In this document: positions 62,906-64,000 of the stretch, piece after piece
Numbering within the stretch: the stretch's first letter is position 1
Layout of the letters: the number at the start of each line of letters is the position of its first letter
DNA from: Methanobacteriota archaeon
GTDB lineage: Archaea > Thermoplasmatota > E2 > DHVEG-1
Direction of reading: 5' to 3'
NCBI GenBank assembly: GCA_963769885.1
Contig: CAVYNH010000006.1
Coordinates: 32,001 to 96,000 of the forward strand
DNA: 64,000 nucleotides
The notes under the pieces: generated by a model
Database searches by the model: none
What the model was told of the DNA's origin: nothing
Seen by the model: only the letters and a program-made list of their open reading frames with translations
Position numbers and translations under genes: made by a program

Positions 62906-64000
62906 TTAGAGCCAGTGGTAGAAGTCTTTGGTATCAATATTGGAGTTGTTGGCATTGTCAAAGACGAATACCGTCACGGTGTGTTTGTGCTCCAACAGCT
63001 CAAAAGTAGTGTACCTCCAGGTGTATGGCGGCTGGGTGTCGATGAAGACCGGGTTGAAAATGTCATCCTCCAAGTAGAAGCGGACCTCCCGGATGCCGGA
63101 CTGCTGGTCGGTGGTGTTGACCGTGATGTTGAAGCTGCCAATGATGACGGCCTTGAAAGGCATGAGGAACCGCCCGTAGATCCTGAGGTTGCCGATGTAG
63201 AGGCCGTTCGTGGGGGAGACGATCTTCACGGTCGGAGGAATCGTGTCGTTCTGCTGGAAGCCGCGCATGAGCGGGTAGCGGTCGACGCCCACGCCGCCGG
63301 GGATGACGTAGGGGGTGTCTCCGATGCCGTCGCCGTTCGCATCCACGCCGGTGTAATCGCTCCAGTGGTTGCCCCCGGAGGGGTAGCCGTTGTCCCAGAC
63401 GTTGAAGCCGTCGTCGAAGGCCTGGAGGCGGTTGCCGAGGAACTGGTTGTGGAACACGGTATTGTAGGAGGCGTCGTAGATCATGGTGCCGGCGAATCCG
63501 TTGTCCTGGATAGTGTTTTCTATGATTTTGTTCCCGGCGGTGCTGAGGATGTAGACGCCGTTCCAGGCGTTGGTGCGGACGGTGCAGCGAGAGAGGAGGC
63601 TTTGTGAGCCGTGGGACTTGAAGAAGACGCCTTGGTGGTTGTCCTGGACAAGGAGGTCCATCAGGGTAGCGTTGTGGTTCTCGACGCTGACGCCTGCATC
63701 ATTCTCGAGGGTCCCGCTGTTCTGGACCGTGAATCCTTGCAGGGTCGTGTACGTGGCGAGGATGCGTACGACGGTGCCGCCCTGCCTGCCGTCAAGGATG
63801 GTCGTGGTCTGGTTCTGGCCTACTAGGGAGATTTTTTTATTGACGAAGAGGTGCTCCCAGTAGGTGTCCGGGGCGACAGTGATGATGTCGTGGTCGATGG
63901 TGCACGCGTCATTGATGGCGGCCTTGATCGTGATGAACTCGGCGCCTGTGCGTTGGTTTATAATAGAGCCGTAGGGGTGGATGAGCGGGTAGCGGTCCTG
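62906..64000 (-). CDS. 3' part of a NosD/parallel beta-helix secreted protein with C-terminal Ig domain
   Basis: GNHWSDY.G.D.NGDGIGDTPY; D.YPL twice (tandem units); frame open to the window edge. Confidence 0.85.
   Translation of the reverse strand, partial: QDRYPLIHPYGSIINQRTGAEFITIKAAINDACTIDHDIITVAPDTYWEHLFVNKKISLVGQNQTTTILDGRQGGTVVRILATYTTLQGFTVQNSGTLENDAGVSVENHNATLMDLLVQDNHQGVFFKSHGSQSLLSRCTVRTNAWNGVYILSTAGNKIIENTIQDNGFAGTMIYDASYNTVFHNQFLGNRLQAFDDGFNVWDNGYPSGGNHWSDYTGVDANGDGIGDTPYVIPGGVGVDRYPLMRGFQQNDTIPPTVKIVSPTNGLYIGNLRIYGRFLMPFKAVIIGSFNITVNTTDQQSGIREVRFYLEDDIFNPVFIDTQPPYTWRYTTFELLEHKHTVTVFVFDNANNSNIDTKDFYHWL

Overview
Chromosomal window from an archaeon, most likely Thermoplasmatota of the MBG-D/DHVEG-1 (Thermoprofundales/Izemarchaea) type. 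This is inferred from archaeal markers (DUF424, Mut7-C, Lrp, TATA/BRE promoters, oligo-T terminators) and many secreted peptidases (C25, C10, C14, M14, HExxH) with PKD/Ig C-termini. About 55 CDS: three ABC-2 exporters, two B12 radical SAMs, an NRAMP/MgtE-N magnesium module, a P-type ATPase, ArsM, a HepT/MntA toxin-antitoxin pair, two cyclophilins and dcd. I saw no rRNA, tRNA or CRISPR array. Highlights: (1) a coupled operon of a bacterial-ceramide-synthase-like (YghO/bCerS) GNAT, an Stf3-like sulfotransferase and a class I amidase, next to tandem arylsulfotransferases, a candidate archaeal acyl/sulfo-lipid pathway; (2) a LuxE acyl-protein synthetase locus whose transglutaminase-like protein appears to have its His and acid catalytic positions swapped; (3) recurrent C-terminal cassettes and an amphipathic RFPNAFP tail on unrelated secreted enzymes, a candidate sorting signal; (4) a tnpA-only IS200 resolved to the base (7348-7960, target TTAA); (5) a third arylsulfotransferase collapsed by deletion plus internal inversion; (6) a kilobase-scale saw-tooth G/C skew partly independent of gene direction. 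Several single-base frameshifts may be sequencing errors. Family assignments come from motif recognition only; no searches were run.
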